A stretch of 64,000 bases of DNA from NCBI GenBank assembly GCA_038087875.1, contig CM075995.1, forward strand, positions 9,426,001 to 9,490,000, given 5' to 3'. How positions within the stretch are numbered: position 1 is the stretch's first letter; every line of letters begins with the position of its first letter. Below the pieces are notes generated by a model that worked only from the letters and a program-made list of their open reading frames with translations, did no database searches and had not been told where the DNA came from. This DNA comes from Malacoraja senta (lineage: Eukaryota). Made by a program: the position numbers and the translations under genes. Positions 37,858 to 50,894 of this stretch are shown piece after piece.

Positions 37858-38087
37858 GTTTCCATCCTGGGAAAAAGGTTCTGTGATGAAAACTTAAGAT
37901 CTAAGGCAGAGAAGGGCACTTTACAATGGGGCGATTCTACAGCAGTTGGAATCCATAAGTCATTGGAGCAGAATCAGGCCATTCGGCCCATCAAGTCCAC
38001 TCCACCATTCAATCATGGCCGATCTATCTCTCCCTCTCATCACCGTTCTCCTGCCTTCGCCCCGTAAACTTTGACACCCTGAAGCAG

Positions 38088-38398
38088 GCCGACACGGTGG
38101 GGCAGCGGTGTGGAGTTGCTGCCTCACAGCGCCAGGATACGGGCTTGGCTACGGGCGCTGTCTGTGTGGAGTTTGTACGTTCACCCCCCATGACCTGCGT
38201 GGGTTTTCTCCGGGTGCTCCGGTTCCCTCCCACACTCCTGACACGTACAGGTTTGTAGATCAATGGGCTTCGAGAAAAATGTAAATTGCCCCTAGTGTGT
38301 GTGGGGAAAGTGCTGGAGTGCGGGGGGATCGCTGGGCGGCACGGACTCAGTGGGCCGAAGGGCCTGTTTCCGCTCTGTATCTCCAAAGTCTAAAGTCA
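38088..38398 (+). mobile_element. V-SINE (HE1-like)
   Basis: Same family. Confidence 0.78.
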
Positions 38399-38674
38399 AA
38401 ATCCCAGCTCTGATTTTTGAGGCACCTCACTGATTACAGCTCGTCTACAAGAACCTGTCTCAGTTATTCTGTCAAATGACAAATTCTACATTGATGCTAA
38501 TATATTGCCCTTAACAGCACGAGCCCTTATCTTGCGGAGCTAGCTTTCATGTGTAAAGTATTGTGGAAATCCAAATAATCTGCCTTTACCCAGTTCTTTA
38601 TATCTTCAAAGAACAACTAACTTTGTCAAACACAAATTTCCTTTTCATTGAACTGTGTTGACGATCTAATTTTA

Positions 38675-39072
38675 TGGTGGACAAAAATGCTGGAGAAACT
38701 CAGCGGGTGAGGCAGCATCTATGGAGCGAAGGAAATAGGTGACGTTTCGGGTCGAGACCCTTCTTCAGACTGGTGTGGGGGGGGAGGGGGGGAAGGAGAA
38801 AGAATGAGGCGGAGACAGTGGGCTGTGGGAGAGCTGGGAAGGGGAAGGAGGGAGAAAGCAGGGACTACCTGAAATTGGAGGTCAATGTTCATACCGCAGG
38901 GGTGTAAACTACCCAAGCGAATGTGAGGTGCTGTTCCTCCAATTTACAGTGGGCCTCACTCTGGCCATGGAGGAGGCCCAGGACAGAAAGGTCAGTTTGG
39001 GAATGGGAGGGGGAGTTGAAGTGCTGAGCCACCGGGAGATCAGGTTGGTTATTGCGAACTGAGCGGAGGTGT
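38675..39072 (-). mobile_element. Penelope-like retroelement 3' end
   Basis: Reverse-complement paralogue of 26066-26480, including the endonuclease C-terminus and a hammerhead core. Confidence 0.8.
38741..38768 (-). ncRNA. Minimal type I hammerhead ribozyme core
   Basis: Minus strand reads CUGAAGA-A-GGGUCUCGACCC-GAAAC-GUC, with a canonical GUC cleavage triplet. Confidence 0.7.
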
Positions 39073-39441
39073 TTTATTCTGCGTCCTGAAAATGCTCCCT
39101 CAACACAGTGTTGAGCAGGCTGGGTCTCTATTCCTTGGAGCGCAGGAGGATGAGGGGTGATCTTATAGAGGTGTACAAATCATGAGAGGAATAGATCGGG
39201 GTCGACGCACAGAGTCTCTTGCCCAGAGTAGGGGAATCGAGGACCAGAGGACATAGGTTTTAAACTTTTTCACACAAAGTGTTGTGGGTGCATGGAACAA
39301 GCTACCAGAGAAACTTCAATAGACATTTGTGATACAGCGCGGAAACAGGCCCTTCAGCCCACTGAGTGCGCGCCGATTTAACGTACATGGATAGGGCAGG
39401 TTTAGAAGGATATGGGCCAAATGCGGGCAGGCGGGGCTATT

Positions 39442-39730
39442 GTGGATGGGACATGTTGGTCGGTGTGGGCAAGTTGGGCTGAAGGGCCTGTTTCCGTGCT
39501 GTATCACTCTATGACTAGTGTAGATGGGACATGTTGGCCGGTGTGGGCAAGTTGGGCCGAAGGGCCTGTTTCCGTGCTGTATCACTCTATGACTAGTGTA
39601 GATGGGACATGTTGGTCGGTGTGGGCAAGTTGGGCTGAAGGGCCTGTTTCCGTGCTGTATCACTCTATGACTAGTGTAGATGGGACATGTTGGTCGGTGT
39701 GGGCAAGTTGGGCTGAAGGGCCTGTTTCCA
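39442..39730 (+). repeat. 78-bp tandem repeat derived from a CR1/HER1-type 3'UTR
   Basis: Unit gatgggacatgttggtcggtgtgggcaagttgggctgaagggcctgtttccgtgctgtatcactctatgactagtgta, about 3.7 copies. Confidence 0.88.
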
Positions 39731-40178
39731 CTCAGTATCACTATATTGGACAATATGATCAGGTTTCAAGCCCCTAACTGTGTAAGTAGCACAGCAGCAA
39801 ACCAACGCCTTCTTTCATCGAGTCGTGGAGTGATACAGCGTGGAAACAGGATCTTTGGCCCAAAGTGCCCTCGCCGACCAACATGCCCCATCTACACTAG
39901 TCCCGCCTGCCTGCATTCCAGCTTAAACTGAATGCAACACTCTAAACGTGGCCTCACTGACGCCTTGCGCAACTGAATCCTGACCTCCCAACTTCTGTAC
40001 TCAATACTCTGACTGATGAAGGCCCTTGTGCTGAAAGCCTTCCCTGCCACCCTTTGAAACATTCATTGCAACCATTCCCTGCCTGCATACGATGAAGGCA
40101 TGGAACTGGCCTTTGAACGGACAGAGCAGGCGAAAGACTTGGATCTTTTAAGAAAATGAGACACTAATGTGTAGGAAT

Positions 40179-40476
40179 TGGCGCAGCGGTAGAGTTGCTG
40201 CCTCACAGCGCCAGAGACCCCGGTTCCATCCTGACCACGGACGCTGTCTGTGTGGAGTTTGTGCGCTCTCCCCGTGACCTGCGTGGGTTTTCTCCGGGTG
40301 CTCCGGTTTCCTCCCACACTCCAAAGACGTGCAGGTTTGTAGGTTCATTGGCTTTGTGTAAATGTAAATTGTCCCTGGTGTGTGTGTGGGATAGTGTTAG
40401 TGTGCGTGGTGATCACAGGCTTCACAGGCTCAGTGGGCTGAAGGGCCTGTTTCCCGCGCCGTATCTCAAAAGTCTA
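40179..40476 (+). mobile_element. V-SINE (HE1-like)
   Basis: Same family. Further partial copies occur through the window, e.g. near 1950, 18190, 22380, 25715, 33740, 44935, 48680, 54560, 55270 and 61875. Confidence 0.78.
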
Positions 40477-40789
40477 ATTGACGTTTCTCCGTCTGGACGG
40501 ACTAAGATAAACTCAATGTTCTTCAACTTCTGTGGTTGGGCTCGAACCTCGCGGCTAATTCTAAAACCTCTTTGTATTGCAAGTCTCTTTAAATTGTCCC
40601 AATTCATCTCATATTTCTCTGCTGGGCATAAGTAAAGCCTCTTAACGGACAGATGATACTCCGTCGCCCCTCTGGGGCTAACGGCTCTGTTTCATTGATC
40701 GCTTCGCCATCGATCAGATTCCCTCAATGTAAAATGCACACCTCATGATAGCAGTGTCAGCCATACTGATCTAACTGCTGTAGGTAGAC

Positions 40790-41548
40790 ACACAGGGCGC
40801 TGGAGTAACTCAGCGGGTGGGTCAGGCAGCATCTGTGGGGAACATGGATAGGTGACGTTTCACAGAGTGCTGGAGTAACTCAGCGGGTCAGGCAGCATCT
40901 GTGGAGCGAAGGAAATGGGCAAACCTTCGGGCCGAAACCCTGAAGGAAATAGGCAACGTTTCGGGCCGAAACCCGGAAGGGTTTCGGGCCGAAACGTTGC
41001 CTATTTCCTTCGCTCCATAGATGCTGCCGGAACATGGATAGGTGACGTTTCACAGAGTGCTGGAGTAACTCAGCGGGTCAGGCAGCATCTGTGGAGAACA
41101 TGGATAGGTGACGTTTCACAGAGTGCTGGAGTAACTCAGCGGGTCAGGCAGCATCTGTGGAGCGAAGGAAATGGGCAAACCTTCGGGCCGAAACCCTGAA
41201 GGAAATAGGCAACGTTTCGGGCCGAAACCCGGAAGGGTTTCGGGCCGAAACGTTGCCTATTTCCTTCGCTCCATAGATGCTGCCGGAACATGGATAGGTG
41301 ACGTTTCACAGAGTGCTGGAGTAACTCAGCGGGTCAGGCAGCATCTGTGGAGAACATGGATAGGTGACGTTTCACAGAGTGCTGGAGTAACTCAGCGGGT
41401 CAGGCAGCATCTGTGGAGAACATGGATAGGTGACGTTTCACAGAGTCCTGGAGTAACTCAGCGGGTCAGGCAGCATCTGTGGAGAACATGGATAGGTGAC
41501 GTTTCACAGAGTGCTGGAGTAACTCAGCGGGTGGGTCAGGCAGCATCT
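40790..41548 (+). repeat. 66-bp minisatellite with two palindromic cassettes
   Basis: Same unit, cassettes at about 40905-41028 and 41161-41284. Confidence 0.9.
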
Positions 41549-42111
41549 TTAGTTTTTGCTTTAGAGATACAGCGTGGAAACAGGTCCTTGGGCCCACCGA
41601 GTCGACGCCGACCAGCGATCGCACCATACACTAATTCTATCCTACACCCGTATCCACCCGTAGTCAGCATCAAACCCGGGTCTCTGGCGCTGTTATGCCG
41701 CAGCCCTACCCGCTGCATGACCGTGCCACCATTTTCTGGAGAGAAGGAACGGGTGACGTTTCGAGGCAAGACCCTTCTGCAGACTGAGAATCAGGGGGAA
41801 GGGAAACTCAAGCCATAAAAAAAAGTCAAGGACAAATTAGAGCCAGCACCGGTGACTAAGGAAAGGTGGAGCCCACAATGGGCCATTGTTGGCTGTGGAA
41901 GAGGTGATAATGAGGGGATATATGGATGCAGCGTGGCCGGGATCTGTTCCAGGGGACAGTCCAGAACCAGGGGCCACAGTTTAGGAATAAGGAGTAAGCC
42001 ATTTAGAACGGAGACAAGGAAACACTTTTTCTCACAGAGAGTGGTGAGTCTGTGGAATTCTCAGCCTCAGAGGGCGGTGGAGGCAGGTTCTCTGGATGCT
42101 TTCAAGAGGAA

Positions 42112-44421
42112 GGGTTAGTTAACAGTCTTGTTGTACGTGACCCCTTGGGCAAGAGTGACCATAATATGGTTGAGTTCTTCATTAGGATGGAGAGTGACAT
42201 GGTTCATTCAGAAACAATGGTTCTGAACTTAAAGAAAGGTAACTTTGAGGGTATGAGACGTGAATTGGCCAAGATTGACTGGCGATTAATTCTTAAAGGG
42301 TTGATGGAAGGCATTTAAAGACTGCATGGAAGAACTACAAAATTTGTTCATCCCAGTTTGGCAAAAGAATAAATCAGGGAAGGTAGTGCATCCGTGGATA
42401 ACAAGGGAAATCAGGGATAGTATCAAAACAAAAGATGAAGCATACAAATTAGCCAGAAAAAGCAGCCGACCAGAGGAATGGTAGAAATTCAGAGACCAGC
42501 AGAGGACAAAGGGCTTAATTAGGAAAGGGAAAATAGATTATGAAAGAAAACTGGCAGGGAACATAAAAACTGACTGCAAAAGTTTTTATAGGTATGTGAA
42601 GAGAAGAGATTAGTTAAAACAAATGTAGGTCCCTTGCAGTCAGAAACAGGTGAATTGATCATGGGGAACAAGGACATGGCAGACCAATTGAATAACTACT
42701 TTGGTTCCGTCTTCACTAAGGAAGAAATAAATAATCTGCCGGAAATAGCAGGGGACCGCGGGTCAAATGAGATGGGGGAACTGAGTGAAATCCAGGTGCC
42801 GGGAAGTGGTTTTAGGTAAATTGACTGCATTAAAGGCCGATAAATCCCCAGCGCCAGATAGGCTGCATCCCAGAGTACTTAAGGAAGTAGCCCCAGAAAT
42901 AGTGGATGCATTAGTGATAATTTTTCAAAACTCTTTAGATTCTGGAGTAGTTCCTGAGGATTGGAGGGTAGCTAATGTAACCCCACTTTTTAAAAAGGGA
43001 GGGAGAGAGAAAACGGGGAATTACAGACCAGTTAGTCTAACATCGGTAGTGGGGAAACTGCTAGAGTCAGTTATTAAAGATGGGATAGCAGCACATTTGG
43101 AAAGTGGTGAAATCATTGGACAAAGTCAGCATGGATTTACGAAAGGTAAATCATGTCTGACGAATCTTATAGAATTTTTCGAGGATGTAACTAGTAGAGT
43201 GGATAAGGGAGAACCAGTGGATGTGTTATATCTGGACTTTCAGAAGGCTTTCGACAAGGTCCCACATAAGAGATTCGGATACAAACTTAATCAGTATTGA
43301 TGTGGATAGAGAACTGGCTGGCAGACAGGAAACAAAGAGTAGGAGTAAACGGGTCCTTTTCACAATGGCAGGCAGTGACTAGTGGGGTACCACAAGGCTC
43401 AGTGCTGGGACCCCAGCTATTTACAATATATATTAATGATTTAATGATTTGGATGAGGGAATTGAATGTAACATCTCCAAGTATGCGGATGACACTAAGC
43501 TGGGGGGGCAGTGTTAGCTGTGAGGAGGATGCTAGGAGGCTGCAAGGTGACTTGGATAGGCTGGGTGAGTGGGCAAATGCATGGCAGATGCAGTATAATG
43601 TGGATAAATGTGAGGTTATCGACTTTGGTGGCAAAAACAGGAAAGCAGACTATTCTCTAAATGGTGGCCGATTAGGAAAAGGGGAGATGCAACGAGACCT
43701 GGGTGTCATGGTACACCAGTCATTGAAAGTAGGCATGCAGGTGCAGCAGGCAGTGAAAAAAGCAAATGGTATGTTAGGATTCATGGCAAAAGGATTTGAG
43801 TATAGGAGCAGGGGAGGTTCTACTACAGTTGTACAGGATCTTGGTGAGACCACACCTGGAGTATTGCGTACAGTTTTGGTCTCCAAATCTGAGGAAAGAC
43901 ATTATTGCCATAGAGGGAGTGCAGAGAAGGTTCACCAGACTGATTCCTGGGATGTCAGGACTTTCATATGAAGAAAGACTGGATAGACTTGGCTTGTACT
44001 CGCTAGAATTTAGGAGATTGAGGGGGGATCTTATAGAAACTTACAAAATTCTCAAGGGGTTGGACAAGTTAGATGCAGGAAGATTGTTCCCGATGTTGGG
44101 GAAGTCCAGGACAAGGGGTCACAGCTTAAGGATAGAGGGGAAATCCTTTAGGACCGAGATGAGAAAAACTTTTTTCACACAGAGAGTGGTGAATCTCTGG
44201 AACTCTGCCACAGAAGGTAGTTGAGGCCAGTTCATTGGCTATATTTAAGAGGGAGTTAGATGTGGTCCTTGTGGCTAAAGGGATCAGGGGGTATGGAGAG
44301 AAGGCAGGTACGGGATACTGAGTTGTGTGATCAGCCATGATCATATTGAATGGCGGTGCAGGCTCGAAGGGCCGAATGGCCTACTCCTGCACCTATTTTC
44401 TATGTTTCTATGTTTCTATGT
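42112..44421 (+). mobile_element. 5'-truncated CR1 LINE ORF2 (endonuclease tail plus reverse transcriptase), frameshifted
   Basis: LGKSDHN, KSP.PD.LHPRVLKE, NYRPVSLTSVVGK, YLDFQKAFDKVPH, SGVPQGSVLGP, YADD (tatgcggatgac), RPHLEYCVQFWSP and a (tttctatg)n tail. Nested inside another CR1 3' fragment (41958-42109 / 44422-44555). Confidence 0.92.
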
Positions 44422-45119
44422 AAGAGAGAGCTAGATAGGGCTCTTAAAAATAGCGGAGTCAGGGGATATGGGGAGAAGGCAGGAACGGGGTACTGATTGG
44501 GGATGATCAGCCATGATCACATTGAATGGCGGTGCTGGCTCGAAGGGCCAAATGGTAAATCGTCTTGGTAAATGTAAAAATTGTCCTGTATAAAATTGTC
44601 CAACTTACAGTATTGTCCCTGGTGGACTCTTCACAAGGTACAAGGTGCAAGGTACCAGACCTAGGCAGCACTCATACAAGGATTAAGTTTGTATTCAGTG
44701 TCGTTGATTGTCACGTGTACCGAGGTACAGTGAAAAGCTTTTGTTGCGTTGCTAACCAGTCAGCGGAAAGACAATACATGATTACAATCGATCCACACAG
44801 TGTACAGATACATGATAAGGTGAATAACACAAATAACATTTAGTATCAAGCTGCATCACCACATACAATGCAGTATAATGCAAGAAAATAACTCAACTCC
44901 ACATTCTGAAGCAGACTGAAGATGAGTGCCAGGTCGGCATGGTGGTGCAGCGGGTAGAACTGCTGCCTCACAGCGCCGGAGACCCGGGTTCTGTCTGTAC
45001 GGAGTCTGAACGTTCTCCCCGTGACCTGCGTGGGTTTTCTCCGGGTGCCACGGTTTCCTCCCACACTCCAAAGACGTACAGGTTTGTAGGTTAATTGGCC
45101 TGGTATAAAAAATGGCAAA

Positions 45120-45476
<357 letters not shown>

Positions 45477-46673
45477 GGGGGTTCGCTGGTCAGTACGGAC
45501 TCGGTGGGCCGAAGGGCCTTGCTAAAACAAAGGGTCCCGACCCAAAACAGCACCCATCCTTTTTGTACCTATTCTTTTGTGATTCAGCATCTGTAGTTCC
45601 TTCTTTTTGTTTTTGTTCCAGTTTTAGCTTCGAGATACGGCGTAGAAACAGTCCCTTCGGCCCATTGAGCTCATGCTGACCAGTGATCACCCCGTACACT
45701 AGTTTAGTTTTAGCCTTAGAGATACAGCGCGGAATCAGGCCCTTCGGCCATTGAGTCCTTGCGGCCAACATGACCAGCCATGGTCACATTGAACGGCGGT
45801 GGTGGCTCGAAGGGCCGAATGGCCTCCTCCTGCACCTATTGTCTATTGTAACCTAGTTCTATCCTCCAAACTAGGCACAATTTACAGAAGCCAATTAACC
45901 TGCACGTCTTTGTGTTGTGGGAGGAAACCGGAGCACCCGGAGAAAAACCCACGCGGGTCGCTGGGACAGAACGTGCAAACTCCGCACAGACAGGAACTCT
46001 GGCGCTGAGGGGCAGCAGCTCTACCCGCTGCGCCACTGTGCCGCACAGAAATAATTGCAGCTGAGAGCTGCCACTAATGCAGCAGGCAGATCGGGGGGCG
46101 GGGAGGGGAGGGTAGGGCGGAGGGGGGCGGGGTAGAAAGGGTCAGTAAATCACTCACCAAAGGGCTTTCACCGTCCTATTGTCGGGAGCCTGACCTCTGC
46201 CCCTCTCTCTTCATCTTCAAAGGACATTGATGGGAGAAGGGATGTCCATGCCCGACATTCCAGCTGTTCAGCCAAGGGTACAAAGCCCGTGCTGGGATGA
46301 GTCCATTAGTCAGGAGAGCTTTTGTTATCAGCAGTTTATTTTTGCCCCCCCGCCCCCCCCCCCCCCCCCGCCCCCCCCCCCCCCACCACCAAAGGACGGC
46401 CGCGATGTTGTGAGCTGTTCCCATTCAATGCCACAACTGAGCTGATCTCCGACAACCACAAACAACCGTGTGGTACCCTGGGCTTTACAAGCCAATACAA
46501 ACCTCTTTACACGCATTATTTCACTAATGTGTTGATTGGAGCCAAAGCCTTTGGCTTGAGGTGGTTAAGGCCCAATGATAATAAACTTTCTCAGGGAGTG
46601 GAGTGAAACAGAGCAAGGAACGGCCTGAGTTTCAGTCAAGAAAGTTGGGTTTAGTTTTAGAGATACAGCGCGG

Positions 46674-47032
46674 AAACAGGGCCCTTCGGCCCGCCGGATC
46701 CGTGCCGTCGGCGATCCCCGCACACTAACACGATCCTACACACAAACAGGCCCCTTCGGCCCGCCGGGTCCGTGCCGACCAGCGATCCCCGCACCTTCAC
46801 CTATCCTACACACAAACAGGCCCCTTCGGCCCGCCGGGTCCGTGCCGACCGCGATCCCCTGCCACACTAACACGATCCTACACACAAACAGGCCCCTTCG
46901 GCCCGCCGGGTCCGCGCTGACCAGCGATCCCCGCACACTAACACTATCCTACACACAAACAGGCCCCTTCGGCCCACGGAGTCCGCGCCGACCAGGCGAT
47001 CCCCGCACACTAACCACTATCCTACACACACA
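46674..47032 (-). repeat. About 71-bp tandem amplification (5 copies) of the SINE 3' tail
   Basis: Unit aaacaggccccttcggcccgccgggtccgtgccgaccagcgatccccgcacactaacacgatcctacacac, inside a minus-strand SINE (about 46650-47210). Confidence 0.85.
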
Positions 47033-47523
47033 CTAGGGACAATTTACATTTACACCAAAGCCAATTAGCCTACAAACCAGCACGTCTTTGTGTTGTGGAA
47101 GGAAACCGGAGCACCCGGAGAAAAACCCACGCAGGTCACGGGAGAACGTACAAACTCCGTACAGACAGCACCCGTAGTCAGGACGGAACCCGCGTAAGGC
47201 AGCAAATCTACCCATGTGGACTCGGTGGGCAGGAGGGCCTATTTCCGCGCTGTATCTCTAAACTGAATTAAAACTAACCAGTGCACCATGTCAGACTATA
47301 AGGTAAACCAGCAATGTTTCAGGTCAATGGGCCTGACTCAATGAATAAGTAACTCATTCAAATGGGTTCTTTTGGGTCTTAGATAAGTTGGTACAAGTCA
47401 GCTATACGTCCACCTGATGTACGTTGTCCCCGTGACCTACGTGAGTTTTCTCCGGGTTTTCCTGTTTCCTCCCACACTCTAATGATGTACATGTTTGCAG
47501 AGGTTTGAAGAAGTTCTTGACCC

Positions 47524-48461
47524 AAAACGTCACCTATCCATGTTCTCCACAGATGCTGCCTGACCCACCCGCTGAGTTACTCCAGCACTCTGTGAAACGT
47601 CACCATCCATGTTCTCCACAGATGCTGCCTGAGCCGCTGAGTTACTCCAGCACTCTGTGAAACGTCACCTATCCATGTTCTCCACAGATGCTGCCTGACC
47701 CGCTGAGTTACTCCAGCACTCTGTGAAACGTCACCTATCCATGTTCTCCACAGATGCTGCTTGACCCGCTGAGTTACTCCACTGTAGGTCTGTGAAACGT
47801 CACCTATCCATGTTCTCCACAGATGCTGCTTGACCCGCTGAGTTACTCCAAGCACTCTGTGAAACGTCACCTATCCATGTTCTCCACAGATGCTGCCTGA
47901 CCCGCTGAGTTACTCCAGCACTCTGTGAAACGTCACCTATCCATGTTCTCCACAGATGCTGCCTGACCCACCCGCTGAGTTACTCCAGCACTCTGTGAAA
48001 CGTCACCTATCCATGTTCTCCACAGATGCTGCCTGACCGCTGAGTTACTCCAGCACTCTGTGAAACGTCACCTATCCATGTTACGGCAGCATCTATGGAG
48101 CGAAGGAAATAGGCAACGTTTCGGCCCGAAAACCCTTCCGGGTTTCGGCCCGAACGTTGCCTATTTCCTTCAGGGTTTCGGCCCGAAAGTTTGCCCATTT
48201 CCTTCGCTCCACAGATGCTGCCTGACCCCCCCGCTGAGTTACTCCAGCACTCTGTGAAACGTCACCTATCCATGTTCTCCACAGATGCTGCCTGACCCGC
48301 TGAGTTACTCCAGCACTCTGTGAAACGTCACCTATCCATGTTCTCCACAGATGCTGCCTGGCCCGCTGAGTTACTCCAGCACTCTGTGAAACGTCACCTA
48401 TCCATGTTCTCCACAGATGCTGCCTGGCCCGCTGAGTTACTCCAGCAGTCTGTGAAACGTC
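47524..48461 (-). repeat. 66-bp minisatellite with palindromic cassette
   Basis: Reverse-complement units, cassette at about 48085-48210. Confidence 0.9.
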
Positions 48462-49916
48462 AAACGCATTTTGTGTCTATCTTCAGGTTTGTAGGTTAAG
48501 TGGCTAAATGGTAAATTGTCCCTAGTTTGTAGGTTAGTGCGACTGTAGGGGGTGATCGCTGATCAGCGAGGGCTCGGAGGGCTCGGAGGGCTTGGAGGGC
48601 TGCTGGGCTGCTGGGCTACAGTATTTCCGCTCTGTATCTTTAAAGTAAACTAAACTAAATAATAGTCTTCATCTATAGGGCGGCACGGGTAGAGCTGGCT
48701 CAGCGGTAGAGTTGCTGCCTCACAACGCCAGACACCCAGGTTCCATCCTGACTACGGATGCTGTCTGTACCTTCTCCCCGTGACCCGCGTGGGTTTTCTC
48801 CGGGCGCTCAGGTTTCCTCCCACACTCCAAAGACGTACAGGTTTGCAGGTTAATTGGCTTTGTATAATTGTAAATAGGAGTAGAATTAGGCCATTCGGCC
48901 CATCAAGTCTACTCCGCCATTCAATCATGGCTGATCTATCTCTCCCTCCTAACCCCATTCTCCTGCCTTCTCCCCGTAACCCTGACTCCCGTACTAATCA
49001 ACAATCTATCTATCTCTGCCTTAAATATATCCACTGACTTGGCCTCCACAGCCGTCTGTGGCAAAGAATTCCACAGATTCACCACCCTCTGACGAAATCT
49101 CCTTCCTAAAGGAACATCCTTTAATTCTGAGGCTGTGACCTCTGGTCCTAGACTCTCCCACTAGTGGAAACATCCTCTGCACATCCACTCTATCCAGGCC
49201 TAGTGTGTGTAGGATAGCGTTGGTGTGCGGGGATGACTGGTTGGCACAGACTCGTTGGGTCCAAGGGCCTGTTTCTGCCTTTTATCTCATCACAACTGCC
49301 CCTCCATCGACTCCTTTAAGTCTAGACTTAAAACCTATTTCTACTCACAAGCGTTTCCTGAGGTCCTCTGAGTGAGCGCTGTATGTGTGTATTTATGTAT
49401 GTATTGTTAGATCTGTGAACCACTGTATGTAGCATGTTAGTACCTGCACTTTGGTCAACGAGAGTTGTTTTTAAATGTGCTAGAGAAATAAAAGTGACTT
49501 GACTGGGTAAAACGAGCTATTAGTGTCATTAGTAATAATCCTTTGGAGGTCTGGCCCACACTTCCCTAAACATGACTGCCGAGCTGTAATTGTTGGTGGC
49601 CCAGACTTAATCCATGACTTCCAAGATGACATCTTTTTAATCCAAATGGTATCCTTAAGACATGTCACGAGGATTTACTTAAATCTTTCTGAAATCAGAG
49701 TGGATTTTCTGTAAGGCGATGCTGCTACTGACCTCAGCTTTGTCTTTGATGCCGTGTTTCAACATTCCTAAGGAATCCATCCCATAATCTGTGTACTCAT
49801 TAATGGCAGGAACGGGTTGACAATATCTAGATTCCCTCGGCTATTCCCACACTGTTTCTGCTTTCTGTTTTAGTCCATAATGTGTTTCGTTCTCATTGAT
49901 GCTTGAAAATATCCAC

Positions 49917-50155
49917 TTCACAGAGTGCTGGAGTAACTCAGGGGTCAGGCAGCATCTGTGGAGCGAAGGAATGGGCAAACTTTTGGGCCGAAACCCCTGA
50001 AGGAAATAGGCAACGTTTCGGGCCGAAACCCGGAAGGGTTTCGGGCCCCGAAACGTTGCCTATTTCCTTCGCTCCATAGATGCTGCCGGAACATGGATAG
50101 GTGACGTTTCACAGAGTGCTGGAGTAACTCAGCGGGTCAGGCAGCATCTGTGGAG
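49917..50155 (+). repeat. 66-bp minisatellite remnant with palindromic cassette
   Basis: Same unit and cassette (about 49961-50086). Confidence 0.85.
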
Positions 50156-50236
50156 GTGATGTTTTGGATCAGGACCCTTCCGAATCCATTGCAATCCCTG
50201 AAACCTTGTAGGTTAATGGGCTTTAGTAAAATTTGT

Positions 50237-50636
50237 AAATTGTCCCTAGTGTGTGTAGGATAGTGTTGGTTTAGTTAAATTGTCCCTAGTGTGTGTAGGA
50301 TAGTGTTGGTTTAGTTAAATTGTCCCTAGTGTGTAGGATAGTGTTGGTTTAGTTAAATTGTCCCTAGTGTGTGTAGGATAGTGTTGGTTTAGTTAAATTG
50401 TCCTAGTGTGTGTAGGATAGTGTTGGTTTAGTTAAATTGTCCCTAGTGTGTGTAGGATAGTGTTGGTTTAGTTAAATTGTCCCTAGTGTGTGTAGGATAG
50501 TGTTGGTTTAGTTAAATTGTCCCTAGTGTGTAGGATAGTGTTGGTTTAGTTATATTGTCCCTAGTGTGTGTAGGATAGTGTTGGTTTAGTTAAATTGTCC
50601 CTAGTGTGTGTAGGATAGTGTTGGTTTAGTTAAATT
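50237..50636 (+). repeat. 40-bp tandem repeat (about 10 copies) derived from the SINE body
   Basis: Unit taaattgtccctagtgtgtgtaggatagtgttggtttagt. Confidence 0.9.
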
Positions 50637-50894
50637 CATTGCACTCCAGATCTTGATCACAATTCTAATAAAAACTTTAGTCCACTCGATCTCTTCTGAA
50701 GAATGGTCCCAACCTGAAATGCTACCTATCCATTGAAGATCCCTTATCATCCTCCTGCGCTCCAAGGAATAATGTCCCATTCTGCTCAACCTCTCCCTAT
50801 AGCTCAGGCCCTCGAATCCTGGCAACATCCTCGTAAATCTTCTTTGTTCCCTTACCTGGGTAAAAGATGATGCATTTACCATTCTTGCTATTCA

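Noticed and set aside
37386..37886. PolyQ/polyP ORF resembling a transcription factor N-terminus
   Set aside because: It lies inside a TIR-bounded element, and the frame is not preserved in the paralogue at 28693-29236.
40915..41818. Repetitive ORFs (SQSAGVTQRVRQHLWRTWIGDV)n
   Set aside because: A by-product of a 66-bp unit with one stop-free frame. There is no other coding evidence.
47524..48461. Tandem active hammerhead array (retrozyme)
   Set aside because: Units contain GAAACGUC but lack the CUGANGA box and stem II.
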